A DNA stretch of 63,142 bases, the filler included, from Sphacelaria rigidula (Eukaryota): the NCBI GenBank assembly GCA_964200075.2. It is 10 parts of 10 records of this genome, joined end to end, with 100 filler letters (N's around TTAATTAATTAA, not from the genome) between each part and the next. Parts side by side here need not be neighbours in the genome. Positions count along the whole stretch, not along the records: positions 44,271 to 50,494 come from CAXNAA020021395.1; positions 50,595 to 56,818 come from CAXNAA020021396.1; positions 56,919 to 63,142 come from CAXNAA020021397.1; 7 more parts are not named here. One strand, 5' to 3'. Position numbers and translations under genes: made by a program. Under the pieces are notes generated by a model, which was not told where the DNA came from, did not search any database, and saw nothing but the letters and a program-made list of their open reading frames with translations. Positions 48,524 to 62,121 of this stretch are shown here, in pieces. Position 1 is the first letter of the stretch; the number at the start of each line of letters is the position of its first letter.

Positions 48524-50350
48524 CTGTGGCCACCGGAAAACGCAAGGGTGTTTTAAAACCGTCCCAACTAGTTTAGCAAGGCATTTCAAGGTGTCGAAAT
48601 CCGCCTATAATAGCGCTCTTTCGGGGCTTAAAACGACGGAAAAGGTCCGAAAAGCCAATTTTCCGAGTATATTTTATTTATTTCTCGTTTTCCGGAAGAA
48701 CTGGCCGCCTTACACGGGACCCACGACTTGTACCTTGGTACGCCAAGCGGCTTACCCACTCAAGTTCAACAATACCAACTCAACACACCTGGAATTCTTC
48801 GTTGTTCCATGTCTTGCCGGAATCTTCCGCGATCCCCGCCCCCGCATCACCGTCTGCCCTGCCCGATGCGCCGGCGGGCTCCTGTTCGACGGTGCGCTCC
48901 GCCATTCCCTTGCAACACCATCACGACACGAAATGGGATCACTTGAATTCAATGTGGCTCATACCGCACATGCGTGCGCGATGAGGCTGCACTCCAGCAT
49001 TTCCAGCACCCCCGCTGCTGTCATGTACGCACAACAACACCCCCCTTATTTTCTATGAGCGAGCTTTCTTACCCGTGATATCTCCGCCTCGGACTCTCCT
49101 CGCTGCAGAAGCTGAAGGATATTTCGCTCGTGTGCCTTCAGTTTTTCCACCTGATGAGAAGAGTCACCATCCAACAAATACATACGTACAGTGCAGAAGA
49201 GGGGGGGAAACGCCTCATTATCGAGCGCATATGCACGTTATGCTACGGAGGACCTTCGTTACAGTAGTGTAATATGAAAAAAGGCACGGCAAGTTGACTG
49301 CCACAGTATTCGTTTTGTTCCCAGAAAAAAAACGTCATATTTTACTCCACTCTCCCCCTCTCCTCCCCCCCCCCATTAGAAATGGGTTGCTCGCGCTCCC
49401 GACCCTCTCATGCGGTCATACTACAAGGAGCAAACGTCGACCATGAAAAACGACCGTTCAGCCCATCCCTGCAGCTTGGCCGCAAATGGATTAGAGAGTA
49501 CGTTCGCCGGTATATTTTGCGTTGAAAAATAAGTGTTCGTATGACAGCTAGATGCCATTACCAGCGGATCAGGAAACGCTCTCTACAATACGTGCAATAT
49601 ATATATATATATATTGCGGATTGATGTTGATTTTGACTAAACAAAAATCCGGAAAAAGCAAAATCTGGGTCTCAAATCATATGTGATGAAATTTTAAATT
49701 CAGCCTTGACCCATCGTGGAGTAGGCGAATGTGCATGGCTATTTTATTTTTCTACAGAACATGTGCACGCGGTACATGAATGCAACAATCACGTCGTGGG
49801 CTCTTCCTCACGACAAAATATTACGGCATAAAAAGTCAAGAGAGGAAACACACAGACACACAGACACACACACACACACACGAACGATGTGGGATTTGGC
49901 ACCATCCGTCACCACCTCGGCAAATTTGATGACGAAAAATTGACAAATTTGGAGATGATATTTCACACCCTAGAGAAAACATGATGAACAGTTACAACAG
50001 GCCTATACTACTACTTTTCGTCGTACATTCTCCTCGTCTATTGCAAACTTTTGACCATATGTATATATATTTTGTCCAGGACGTGTAATATGTTGAAAAG
50101 GTTGAAGATTAACGTAGACAAACTACACCAACAAACGGCGCGTCGCTGCAAATCCCACATACACTCACTGAACAATATATGGTCAAATTGATACATTAAG
50201 CCCATCCTTTACCCAGCACATTTTTTGTCTGCTGCATCAATTTGACCATATATTGTCTTGGGTTTGCAATCTCACCAACTCATCGCGGACGTTTTCCAGG
50301 CGCTGGATTGTCTCGGCGTCCATCTGTCGTTGCGCCGTATGCTCCGAAGC
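45840..50350 (-). CDS. Unidentified coiled-coil protein, internal exons 50350-50276, 49111-49073, 48908-48789, 47992-47928, 45935-45840
   Basis: All AG/GT bounded with matching phases: ASEHTAQRQMDAETIQRLENVRDEL|LLQRGESEAEISR|GMAERT...NEEFQ|SKLEAQTAELKAEKEAALAELR|SALTAEANERVKRETASALSLAAESHAAALTR. Confidence 0.7.
45998..46239. mobile_element. Mariner-type MITE, homolog of 5839-6097
   Basis: cggttcggacgaat ... attcgtccgacccttg-TA. Confidence 0.65.
47330..47460 (-). mobile_element. Family A, short truncated copy
   Basis: tactcatgatcttgcatgcc...gacctcgcatccctacaaagcc, with a G run on the truncated side. Confidence 0.75.
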
Positions 50351-50420
50351 CTTTCATTTTTGTTGCCGACGAAACAAGAAAATAAGGGTGAAGGGGGAGG
50401 GCGGGGGGGGGGGGGGAGGG

Positions 50421-50463
<43 letters not shown>

Positions 50464-50665
50464 AAGGAGAAAAAAAAAAAAAAAAAAAAAAAAANNNNNN
50501 NNNNNNNNNNNNNNNNNNNNNNNNNNNNNNNNNNNNNNTTAATTAATTAANNNNNNNNNNNNNNNNNNNNNNNNNNNNNNNNNNNNNNNNNNNNTATTGC
50601 ATGGGTCATAATAAAAAATCGTGAAGAAGCACATTGAGTTTTTTTTTTCCCGTGAGTTAAGGGCA

Positions 50666-50712
<47 letters not shown>

Positions 50713-51335
50713 TGTCGTTAAGGCCTTCAAAGCCAATAAACGAGGAAAAAATGAGCGAGCCTTGCTCCCAAGCAATGGTGAAATCTCGAAATATTCAACG
50801 TGCAGTCTTGTTTTCTTGCTGGAAGGTACGTTCCATGGGTGGTGCCGCCAGGAACCCGCCAGGAACCACCTCAAGAACGACGCGAAAAAGGCGCGTAAGT
50901 CGCGCATACTTCACCAAAATACTCATAAATCGGCGCATAATGTTCCCTTTTGAACATGAAGAAAGAGGAAAAAACGCACAAAAAAAATTGCGCATAAGAA
51001 ACAAAAGCCTATCTGCGAGCCACCATCCGAAAATGAAGCAATTCCTGCACTCAGCACTGAGTGCCCCGTCCCCCGCGCCCAGAGTGTGAAAAGGCGAAGA
51101 ATTAATTAATTTGGGCGAAATAAAACAGTGTTGTGAGGAATTTAACCCATAGCCAACCTGGCGGTCCACTTGCTTCAGTCCCTCGCCACTGGTGGCACGG
51201 TAAATTCGAACCAACTTTTGAAATAAGGAAAGGTCAGCACTTGTTTCCAGCTCAGAAGTTCATTATTAGATCATGAACAATACCACAAGAAGGAAGAACA
51301 AACCCCGAATCCCTTGGGAGAACCTGACTCAACTA

Positions 51336-52835
51336 CAGGCTGGTTCACGGAAAAACACCCGAAAACACTCATCGGCAAAACTTCACGCCGTTTTAAGGAG
51401 TTAGACCCTGAAATTTTGCACAGGTGTTCTATGAGTCAATACGCAACTTTGTATGGACGAGTTTCTTTTTTACTTTTTTACTTTTTTCTCAGTTTTTTCG
51501 GGAAAACTTCGACCCAATCGGACCCCCGTGAACGGTAAAAACGAAAAAAAAAAAAACCTCGTCCATCCAAAGTGGCGCAAGGACCAATAGCACACCTGTG
51601 CAAAATTCCAGGGTCTGACTCTTTAAAAAGGTGTTAAGTTTTTCGAGTTTGTGCGATGGACCTTGCCGTTCCACGGTGAAAGGGCAATCTACTAGATTCT
51701 AGAACGAAATTTGCGTTTTTGGGCCTTTTTCGATGTGAACATGGAAATTCAAGCACCAGTCAGTCGAGTTTGGCCACGAAACTTTGTGGGGTTCTTCCTT
51801 GGGTTTTGCGGCGGCAGAGCGTTCGCGAAAAAATGAAAAACTCAAGGGGCCGGTTTTCCGGGTCCCAGAATGGATTAATTCGAATCAACGACTTGGATTC
51901 CGTCGGACCCCCGAAAAACGGTAAACAATCCAAGAATTAGAAAACCTCGTCGATCGAAACTTGCGTAATGATTCATAGCACAGTTGTGCAAAGGTTCAGG
52001 GTCTAACTCCTGATGAAGCGTGAAAATTTGTGCATTTGTGCGAGGATGTGAGCTTAAAATGTGCAAACTCCTAACTACGTGGTTTGAGTATGAAAACATC
52101 TTCTAGGGTGAATTTTACGTCAAGGCAGGAAACATTGTATGATATTTTCGACTTTCTCCATCCACCAATAATTGTAGAGGTGTTCCTTGGAGCATCCTGG
52201 GACGCATCGTGTTATTATGTTTTCTTTAGATTCATTCTGTACCACCTTTCGGTGGTCTTTGTACTGGGACCCCCGGAAGCCGGTAGAGAACGGAGTCACT
52301 TTGAACCATCGCCAAGGAAACAATTTTTCCATGTGGGGCATCAATACCTACGGAACTGCCAAGTTTGAGGATGACCTGAGCTTTTCTACAACATATATAA
52401 GGCAAATCATCACGAGGCTCCCTGGGTCTTTCCTGGGTATCATGAGCGGAAATTAGACGACGCCAAACTCCACAACCGCAACATTACAGTTTCGGGTATA
52501 ATTCGACCCCGTTGGAACCGTTTTCAAATCTTTTTCTCCCGTGAGATTCTTGAGGTGATGACGGTCACTACGATCTGAAGCATGTGGAGATTCTGTGGAA
52601 ATTGGGCTTGGAATTCGTATTTTCAATTTCGGAACAGTTTGAAAGGCGCTGATTGGTCGAGACACATTTTTGTCCATAGCGCCACCGCTATAGCCTTTGA
52701 AAAAAATCTGGCTATGTCACCCTCTTCGTCTGTACATTGCGGTCAGTATGATACCATGTATGCGACTATTGGGTGCGCATTGCAGCAGGCATTTGCTGAT
52801 GACAGAATTTGGGGTTTTGTCCGTGAACCAGCCTG
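51336..52835 (+). mobile_element. Complete 1.5-kb non-autonomous Tc1/mariner-type element (family F)
   Basis: TA|CAGGCTGGTTCACGGA ... TCCGTGAACCAGCCTG|TA; no recognisable transposase ORF. Confidence 0.88.
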
Positions 52836-53399
52836 TAAATATCCTGGTTACCCAGCAGTGACGTGATGCACAGTTTATCGCATTTGTCAAACGGCCTCAT
52901 CAGAAGCGACACGCAGAAGCAGCGCCCGCAGACCCACACCTGCGCGCAGCAGCCACGGGCGTGGCGGATGTATTTTGTTGCATGCCCGACTGCAAAGTCG
53001 CACATCCTACGGTTGATTGCTGCGTTTTCCAACTCCTCTATCAACATGATGTTGAACGTAAACGCATCAAAACCCACACCACAAACGCTAGGCAGATACT
53101 TAGCTTTTTTGGAATGGTTTTGTTCGTAAGAACTACCATTAACCTCAGTAAGCTGCTTATACGTGAAAAGGCCACCGTACTCGAGTTGGCATGGACCTTG
53201 GTGGTTGCCCTCTTGCGGTCCATCCGACCCTAGCCAAATACCCGCTCTTTTCCCGCCGTAGAAGTGACCGTACGCGTCCAGTGTTCGCTCCCGATTCCGT
53301 CGGAAGTTGAACGACGTACTGTAACCGCTTTGCCTCCCACAGTCGTTATTTATCCCTGTGTTGCTTGTATCGCGTTTTGTGAGTTTTAATCTAGGTCTA

Positions 53400-53993
53400 C
53401 TTCCTCTGTCACATAAGTTGGGACCGAATTTCGGCGCAGATCGTATGTTTTCAACGAAGGCGCCTACGATGCTATAATTAGTTTCACCGGAAACATATTT
53501 TTTACAGCTAACTGATGCAAAAAAAATATATATAAATATATTTGCGGTTTTATACATCTCAAAGTATGGGCCAAAAAGTCCGCAAAATTGGCCAATTTCG
53601 GCTTCGGCTACATTTCGAGAATGTGTTTGAGAACATTTTTAAGAATTTAGTGTAGAGCACACCGGGGTATCCGCGCGGCAGAGGGCGGGAGCGTTGGAAA
53701 GGACAGTCAAGTACGACAAAGAGGCCTTCACAAAGGCTTGGGACTATCTGGCATAAGCACGAGTGATGGAGAGGATGATTAACGATTTATTTTTTTCCCA
53801 TGTTTTTCTCCTTTTTCGGCACTTTTTCGTTCGTGACCGCTACTCCACCTGGATTGATGCAAATTGAAAAAAACAAACATTGTGATTAACTAAAAAAACG
53901 CCCAAGGAATTCAATAAAAGAAACGAAAACAGCATCGGAGACCGTTAAGGACGTCTGTGAAAAATTCGGTCCTAACTTATGTGACAGTGGAAG
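53400..53993. mobile_element. Stowaway-like MITE
   Basis: TA|CTTCCTCTGTCACATAAGTTGGGACCGAATTT ... AAATTCGGTCCTAACTTATGTGACAGTGGAAG|TA. Confidence 0.85.
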
Positions 53994-54194
53994 TACAGTA
54001 TATATATATATATTTTTTTTTCTTGTTTTTCCTGGCTTGTGACCACGGAAGGCGTCCGCATCAGATGCCAAGTACAAATAAACCGCGCAGATATCGGAAC
54101 GCTTTTTAAAGGAGACAACAACAACAACAACAGCAACAAGTCGTACAGCCCCCCTTCACAGCGTTGCTAGAGAGCGCTATCTGAAACGCTTTAA

Positions 54195-54294
54195 CCCTTC
54201 AGTGGCGAGAGTAGGTAATCTTTTTCAATCGGCATCAATTTCACTTGGAAAAAGTATAAATGGTCCAGATGGAGTACTCCTCGCGGTCTAACGC
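54195..54294. mobile_element. Family P, diverged copy
   Basis: TTAA-CCCT...; shared core aatcggcatcaatttca. Confidence 0.7.
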
Positions 54295-54469
54295 TTGACT
54301 GTGTATTCTGGCCCGCCAAATCCGACCCCCGCTCAACAAGGCGGTCTGATCCACGAGTGGGGCAAAAAAACAGGGAGTACCAGAGTAAGTTCGAACGGGG
54401 CGAGAAATGAGAGAGCGGCAGTAAGTAAAGTGGGTGGTGCGACTGGGAACTGTAGGGGAAAAGCAAAGG

Positions 54470-55010
54470 GCGGGTGTCCTCATGATATTGCATGCTGTAG
54501 CCATGTGCTTATTGACCTCACATCCCTACAAAGCCGGGACGGGGCACGCCGGGTTTTCGCGAGACCAAGCTCGCAATCAATCACCGAGCGCGAAGCACCT
54601 TGATGTGTTCGACGAGTCGCATCAAGAGTGAGCTGCATCCTGCTATGATTGTTCGGCCCGAAGTGTACTGTCTATCTTGCATATGTATGACAGCCTCCAA
54701 TGAGTTGCTTCATTTTCTGGCATCGCCACTTCCAGAGACAGCCATGGCATACACACTGCCTCATGGGTGTCTATTTAAGCACTACGAAGTATCATCACCT
54801 CCTTTGCGCGGAATTGAGATTCTTCCACCCCGCACGTCATGATCTAGCTCGACCACCATCATGGTTACCGCAAAAAACCGTAAGCGCGCCGAGAAAATCG
54901 GTAACCTGGTTGCCTAGCTTACGCAGTGAATGGCGTCTTTTGCAGCGTCATTGCCAACCTATGCCAAGCCCAAAGGGGGTCGGAGGGAGGAGGGAGGAGG
55001 GGGGGGGGGG
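54470..55010 (-). mobile_element. Family A, longest copy (~530 bp), between G-rich flanks
   Basis: Colinear with 31690-32209 and 20037-20510. Confidence 0.85.
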
Positions 55011-56759
55011 GAGACAAGATTACTGATTGTAATCTAGACATATTGCTCACGAAACGAGCGGCTGGCAGGATATGGAAGATTTCTCAGTGTAGATCCCGTT
55101 CAACGCCAAATTGTCCCACAGTGTCGGCCCGGTCATAAGAAACAGCTATGTTGAGCGAGGCTCAAAAGTTCACCTTGGCAACCGATGTGAGCGTTGTTTC
55201 TTATTTCACCATTTCTCGTGTCTGGCCATGAAAATTTTACCTATTTATTGTTTCGGTCATGTCTTATTCCCAGGCCAGCAATTTATTCATGTTGCTTGCG
55301 CCAGTTATTCTTCATACGAACTAACTTTCGTTGCACGATATTTATCTATTTCCTGCCGCGTTTTTTTCATCATATCCCATCTTCTGAGATCAATTTCTTA
55401 CGGCAATTCGTTAGTTTCTCGAAAATCTGAGGCTCAATTTCTTACGAAGGCATTTGTCATGAGCCAACCGGCGCGGTACTCAATGCCGAGTTTTCCTGAC
55501 CAGATTTATGGGCGAGTCAACACTCTACAACCGAGTCACGCTCGCGCACAACAGTCCAACATGTATGCACGGTGGAAGCAAAGAAACGGAGTGATCCGGT
55601 AAGGCGCTTTGCGCCTTGAAGTGGTCGATTAACGAATGTATTAGATGGACGTATTAGCTCACGTCGGCATATGTTCACGTCGTGGAACACGGCCTTCGCG
55701 AGTACGCCAAGAATCATGACAACGCCCAGAGTAGCAAATTGTCTCACATGCTCCTTGTTCAAGGGTAGAGTTCTCGGCGCGCGCTGCGTGATGGAGGACA
55801 CCTTTATCTGGTGAGTCGACGCAATAGTATGTAAACACCGAAGGGCGCCGCAAGAGGTAGCATCAACCACGAGTTCGACAAGAGGCGGATTTAGATGCAG
55901 GGCAGAGCAGTGGTGTCCCCTGCCCGCTATGCCACACGACCTTAACCGAGGCATCAATCATTTATCAAGGTTCGCCAACAATATCCACGCGGAGATAATA
56001 GGAGCGAAGTCTCACTGCTTCGTATTGGCCGACGATCACCTCCAACGGCTTCAGAACAGCCATCACCCTCATCGGGACAATCCTCGTGTAACGCGAGCGG
56101 CATAAACGAAGGCACGGTCATTTCGAACGACGTAGCGGTTGATCCGACCGCTACTGCCAAAATTATCCACAAGGACGTGAAAATTGAACGATATTCCGAC
56201 TTGGACAAATGATTGATCGTGGGCTTCGGTGAGGGTGTGTCTCCTCCGCCCCCCCCCCTCCATCCCCTCTTTTACTCCATTGGAGGTGTCTCTACTAGGA
56301 GTGCTTCGTCTCGAAAGGGATGCGTGGTCGATGGTCAAACGACTAAGGCAAGCAACAAATGAGTACAATGACTACGCCCCCTCTATCACTCCCGGCACAA
56401 GTATTTGCTCTCCGTCGTTCACCCCCGCATGCCGTAAGTCGCCAACCTTGCGATCCGGCGGAATCTGCTCTCCGCCCTCCCCTGCCGACTCAGGCCTCTG
56501 CCCTTCATCGCCCACCTTTCCCCCGGCAGCTGCGGAAAATCAAGCCGCATACACAACCATCACCTCGAAGAGGGTTATAGCGTAGAGTTCATGCGGGCGG
56601 ATTTCACGGAGATCTGTCTGGGCAAGGGCGCGAATGTGCTTAGACGGACAGGATACGCCTCGAACCTCACTCACTCCCCCCACCAGCAGCCGCAGCGCGC
56701 ATCAGTAGGGCGCGAAAGTCGACATGCGGTTGGACGCGCTGACATGGCTCGGCGTCGTG

Positions 56760-56818
<59 letters not shown>

Positions 56819-57315
56819 NNNNNNNNNNNNNNNNNNNNNNNNNNNNNNNNNNNNNNNNNNNNTTAATTAATTAANNNNNNNNNNNNNNNNNNNNNNNNNN
56901 NNNNNNNNNNNNNNNNNNCCCACCCGATAGCCGCCTTCCACCCTTTCATGTAGGAAGCCATACAGGAAGCAAGATGGTGAAAGTAGATTGCTTCTCGGGT
57001 ACCAGAGGTCATGCTATTGGGTAGGAACTTTGTTTTGTCACTGCTGTAAAGCGCACACTCACGACACTAGAAACGATATGTTGGGTGCGCACAAGAGGAG
57101 TGTAGCCGAGCTGTACCGGACAGAGCTTGCCGTGCGGGGCGCACCGAATATCAGAGTACTTTCATTCATCTGAGAATGTGCTCGGCCGTACTGCACGCGT
57201 ACGGCATACACTGGTAGTCGTGGCCATCTCTTAGGGAGACCAGTTTAATTCGCGCATGGCTGCGCACGGTACGCGTGGAGGAAAAAAACATGGCAGTAAT
57301 ATCATCTCGTCTCAC

Positions 57316-60300
57316 CGAGAAGTCGGCTTGGCCCACGCCGACGATGACGATGCTTAGGGGCAAGTTCGAAGCCTTCACTAGCAGGTCGATTGTCTGCGTT
57401 TTGTTGTTGGCAAGGCCAGGGGAGGGGGGGGGAGACAAGGCGCGTGCAGCAATGCAAACACAGATGTCAACACAAAAGGGAGCTTCCCCACATGATATAC
57501 ATTCGAATACATCCAGTTCGTGCTTTGTGCATATGAAACCAGGGGTGAAGAACGTCAGTAACGTCAGAAACGTGTTTCTTCCCTGCTTCCGCCTTGATTA
57601 CTGTACCGTTTTTTTCACGAGTTACTCGCATTTGTTTTTGGCAAGCACACACTCATGAAATTAATACAAGAACACGCCGCGGAATGTCAACACCTGCCTC
57701 ATCCATCATTGCGAGCCAGAGAACTTTTCGGTATCATAACATCGGCCATGTGCCCACGTTTTCTAATTTCTTCCTTTTTTTTCTAATTTCTTCACTCGTG
57801 TAGTCCTTACTGCTACCGGTTGTCAATTCAACACTGGCCATGCATGGCGTGTGTGCAATACTACGCGAGGCAGGTGCACTGCTTTGTGAAACATGCCTGT
57901 CGGATGTTCAAAGAGCGCGTGGAAGCAAAGCAATGCAATGCACCTCGCGCATATCGTTGATGATACCGTCCGTCAGAATCAGCAGGACATCGTAGCGCTG
58001 ATTGATCTGGTTCGACTCCGACGAGCTCGCCCTCGCCATTGCTGTCTGCAGTACCTCCGAGAACAGCGTGGGGCCGGCCAGGGTCACACCATGCAGTGCC
58101 GCCGAATAGGCCGTGAGAATGCCCTGCACTCCCTCAGCCTCGTCCGATGCCCCTGGGCGCGACACCCTACGAAAATGTTAATGCATGTATGGATGTACAT
58201 GAGAAAAACTTGTGCTGGCAGTGATCCGACACAGCATTGCAATCGAATCGTGAAGCTCTACGTAGAGCGAATCGGAACATGACCGACAGAATTAAAAGAG
58301 CGGGAGCCCTTGGGCCAAGAACGCCTGCACGCTGCATGCCATCGGACAGTGGAAAGCACAAAATCAGCGACGCAAGATGAACAGCGTGGGCGCGGAACGT
58401 CCTCAGTTGGACCTGAGATGGACCACTTCAAATATGCGGAAAATATTTCCTTTTCTCGGACAATATACGCGAATCAAGGGGTCGGGGACGACGGAATACT
58501 CGGCACGTTGTTAATGGGGTTAGTATTCGCAAACAGAGAGGAGCCGCCTCCTCACTAGCAGCGGGGTCGCCGGAGGTACAGCCCAGCCGTCAATATTGCT
58601 CCGAAAGGAGGCCTCGCGCCCAAGGGCGTGAATCTAACCGCGAAATTTAAAATAGGCTGCCACGAAGCCCCGAGGAAAGCAAAAAACAGAGCTTGCACCG
58701 CACATCTCATTTTGCCATAGCACGCGCACGGGCTCGAACATGTGGCTGTATTTCGAAATCGAAAAATGACTCCACGCTCCTCGCGTTCCTCGGTTGAACC
58801 CCGACCCTCTAAACGTTCTTTACGAAAAGTTATCCTTCATCATCAGGCAGCGTGATACCTGACCTCGTCCCCCGGAGAGACCATCCTCTGCTCTGAGCAA
58901 CCTGTGTGTGCTCCACACTGCATCTACGAACTTAGACCCGATAAGCAGAGGATCACAACGTACGCCAAGGTGTAGTCGCTTGTGGGTAGTGTCCCCTTTT
59001 CCCGGTATTCTCCACGTGTATGTGACACGCGAGACGCGTGAAACTGCCGTGCGATGCTGGACAAAAAAACATGCAGATTGTACCACTCACCACAACGGTA
59101 CGGTACAACAACCCGCTCGCCATTGAAATAGACGCAAACTGCAGACAAGACTGACCAAAACGAACAACATGTGAAAAAGGACATATCGACAAAGGAGAAA
59201 TATAGACCATCAGACCATCCGTTCCGAACCGACCCGCACCTGCAGATCGGGAAACAGTGGCTGACGGGATCATATCGGATTCTCCCGCCGAAGCCGTACA
59301 CAGGAAACATCTTGTCGTGGTCATAATCTTGCAGGATGTTTCCAATGGACAGAATGGCCTGCTGGTACTGGTTGAGTCTGCCGGCTGGGTCCACGTAGTG
59401 AAGGCTCGCCGGATGCGACGGGTCTCCGTTACTTCCGGTGAAGTCGATCGCCACCTATAATTGTGAGTTGGGACGCAGGAAGTCCATCTCGTGGTGGGTC
59501 TACCTATATGCCACTTGTGACACAGAGTAACGCCACCCCCAGATGATAGAAATGTTTGAGGTCCGAAACCCAACACCCGGAGGCGTTGTTCAGGGGGTGA
59601 TATATAACGTACGATGGTACAGCATTGTAGGTAGCGGTACGGGTGGCGAATATAGTCAAGCTACATTTCCTGAGGTGCTATTCAGCTGATGATGTTTGGC
59701 GTGCGGGTGTCAGACTTTGCCTCATGCTGTAGCAGCATACATGATAACTGCTGAATTCTCGCCCATCTACCCCTCCTCCCTCGCCCCCCCCTTCGAAAAC
59801 ACAACGTATTGTAGGTTGATAACGGGTGAATTTCTTGCCTGTCAAGTAACAAAGATCCATGGGCCGTGGGTGTACGGGGAATAGCTTTTTACACTAAAGG
59901 GGTTCGCGGGATATGTGGTGTGCCACATCGACAGGAACTGGACAAGTCATACTGGATAGCAACACTGGGTGAAGAAGTGGACTGAACAGGGGAGGGTCAG
60001 ACAGCCCCTCCGCGAACCCAGTAGGAAGAATAACAACCCCGGAAAGGTACAGACAATTGTACCCGCTCAAGACGGACGGGTCGTGGGCTTGTCAAGTAGG
60101 CCTGCCAGAGATGACGAGGGGTGATCACAGTTTTTCTTTTCATTAGATTCAACGACACACGCGAGTCGGCAAATTCAAGCTATTACGAGCGTCCACTCTC
60201 TTCGCAACTGCGTGCCATCTTGACCGAGACCCAGTGGAATTTCCTCACAAGAAGCAAAACGCCACTGCGGTTTACTTCGTCTAGTACTTACCATCATGCT

Positions 60301-62121
60301 GAGCTGAAGACCACCCGCCAAGAAGTCGAGCAGGGTCGACTTCTTCTTGATTTCAGCATGTTCTACCCTCAAGTGTCCTTTGCTCTTCCTGGGCTTTGGC
60401 GGGTACTGCGGCGCGCCAAACAGTATGTATGCAGGTGAGTGTGGAATTGGCCATAGCAGCACTGTCATGGAAAACGACACAACCATGCGCGGCAATTTAG
60501 CACCAAGTGTGTTGGGAGCGACCCACACTGGTACCATACACGACGCATTATAACTCCCGTCCCTTCCCCCCCCTACCCCGCCGGGGATTCAGTCTCAAAG
60601 ACTACTGCGGTGGTATTGATGTCAAAAGTGGCGTGACCGGGAAGACATGCCCAAAATGTTGATCGAAAATTCGGGGTATTATCTCGGCAATGCAGCATGT
60701 GCGCGTCCCGCCCGGAAGACTTGGCCCTCCAGCACGACGAAACGAACATCCGCCTTGCACCCATTTCGTATGTTGCTTCGTCGACAAAGTTGTATGTTGA
60801 AACACGCGTGTCGGCGCACTAGCTTCATTCGTAGCTGCTGCGAATTGGATTATGATCAAGTTCCATAGCGGCGAAGTCATGTTTTAGGGACACTCTGAAA
60901 AAATGACCGCTTCTTAACTGCCTTGGACCGCGCATAGTAGTATACACCTTGAGGAGGAAACATATCGCCGGGGTTTGACCGACGGCTGAAAAGCCTAGAT
61001 GCACATGATACAGGGTTGATTCAATAGCAAGTCACGGAAGCGACCACCGGTCAACATATCATGACAAAAAGGTCCTGACAAAACCGACACTACGCTAGAG
61101 CTCACAGGTCATCACACTTGTACGAGTAATGCCGCGATAGCCCCCCTCCCCCCCAAACCAGCCTCAAAGCTGTCACGAATATGATCATAGAGCGCATGAT
61201 AGATAGCTTCAGACTAAATGAAGCGCTTCATACGGGTGGCATTAGCAAAAACGGTCGCACGCGTGGGGGTCCAGCTGCTCGGTGTGCTCGGCTTTTACAA
61301 ATAGATTTTGCCTCCTCAAATTGGCCACTTTTCTGGGGGAGGGGGGGGGGGGGAGGGGGGCTATGGCGGCACAAGTCCTACGTACCATACTCCTGGGACT
61401 GCACCAATATTTTGTAGCACCAAGGCAACCATCAAAAGACTAGTATTTGAGGACACTACACGAATAGCGGCATAACATACACTACATTTTCGAGCACCAA
61501 GCATACATACCAGAGTATCCAGCGACGCGGGCTCGCCTCGCGCCTCTCTCTTCGCTTGCGCATAAATTGTTCCGAAACGGGGACCAACGACCATGACTAC
61601 CGCCATTGACCCCTAGGACATAAGACCTATTTCCAGAACAATACCCACGGGTGGTTTTCACAACGAGTAACCCCGACGTTATTCTCGGCCCCTGACCGGC
61701 TCCTCTCCATCTACGAGTGTCATCCCCGAATAAAAACGTTCCGTATACCCCGTCGTCCCCACACTGTTCATAACCGAAGCACTTGTTTCCACGCCGTTCT
61801 AGTGGTCGACCTCCTCCATAGGGTTACGGTACCCCATGAGCACCCGCTAATGGGTGTCTGAGTTTGACTTGTTGTCTGAGCGGAAGCGGTGCCGGTTCGA
61901 CAGGTGGAACCCACAGGCGGATGAAAGGGTTGGCCGCGATACGTGACGAGGAGATTTGAACCCGAGCACAGACACACCTCGAGAGCGAGCTCGTGGCCCT
62001 GTCCTTGCAGCAGACCCTGAAGACTGGTGGATATCCTTCCGATCAGGTCGTGACTGCCGTCTCTATCCCAATCCCATACTTCCAGGCGCAAGGGCCGCAA
62101 GTAGTCTCCGTTGCAAATTGC
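57316..62121 (-). CDS. Copine (C2 + vWA Ca2+/phospholipid-binding protein), internal exons 62121-61978, 60405-60292, 59454-59240, 58166-57944, 57393-57316
   Basis: CNGDYLRPLRLEVWDWDRDGSHDLIG (C2B), LDFLAGGLQLSMM|VAIDFTGSNGDP...SLHY, DYDHDKMFPVYGFGG, GPTLFS, YDVLLILTDGIIND, ASNLPLSIVIVGVGQADFS. All GT-AG with consistent phases. Confidence 0.95.

Noticed and set aside
52187..52456. Seemingly conserved small protein (WDPRKPVENG...), also at 18591-18863
   Set aside because: The similarity comes from two copies of non-coding element F; upstream frames differ between copies and there is no DDE motif.
52766..53557. 263-aa ORF
   Set aside because: It starts inside a Stowaway-like MITE and ends inside element F, so it is a chance composite.
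32279..62121. Apparent Ca2+/proteostasis gene cluster (calpain, UBA2, copine)
   Set aside because: The genes lie on different contigs joined by artificial spacers.
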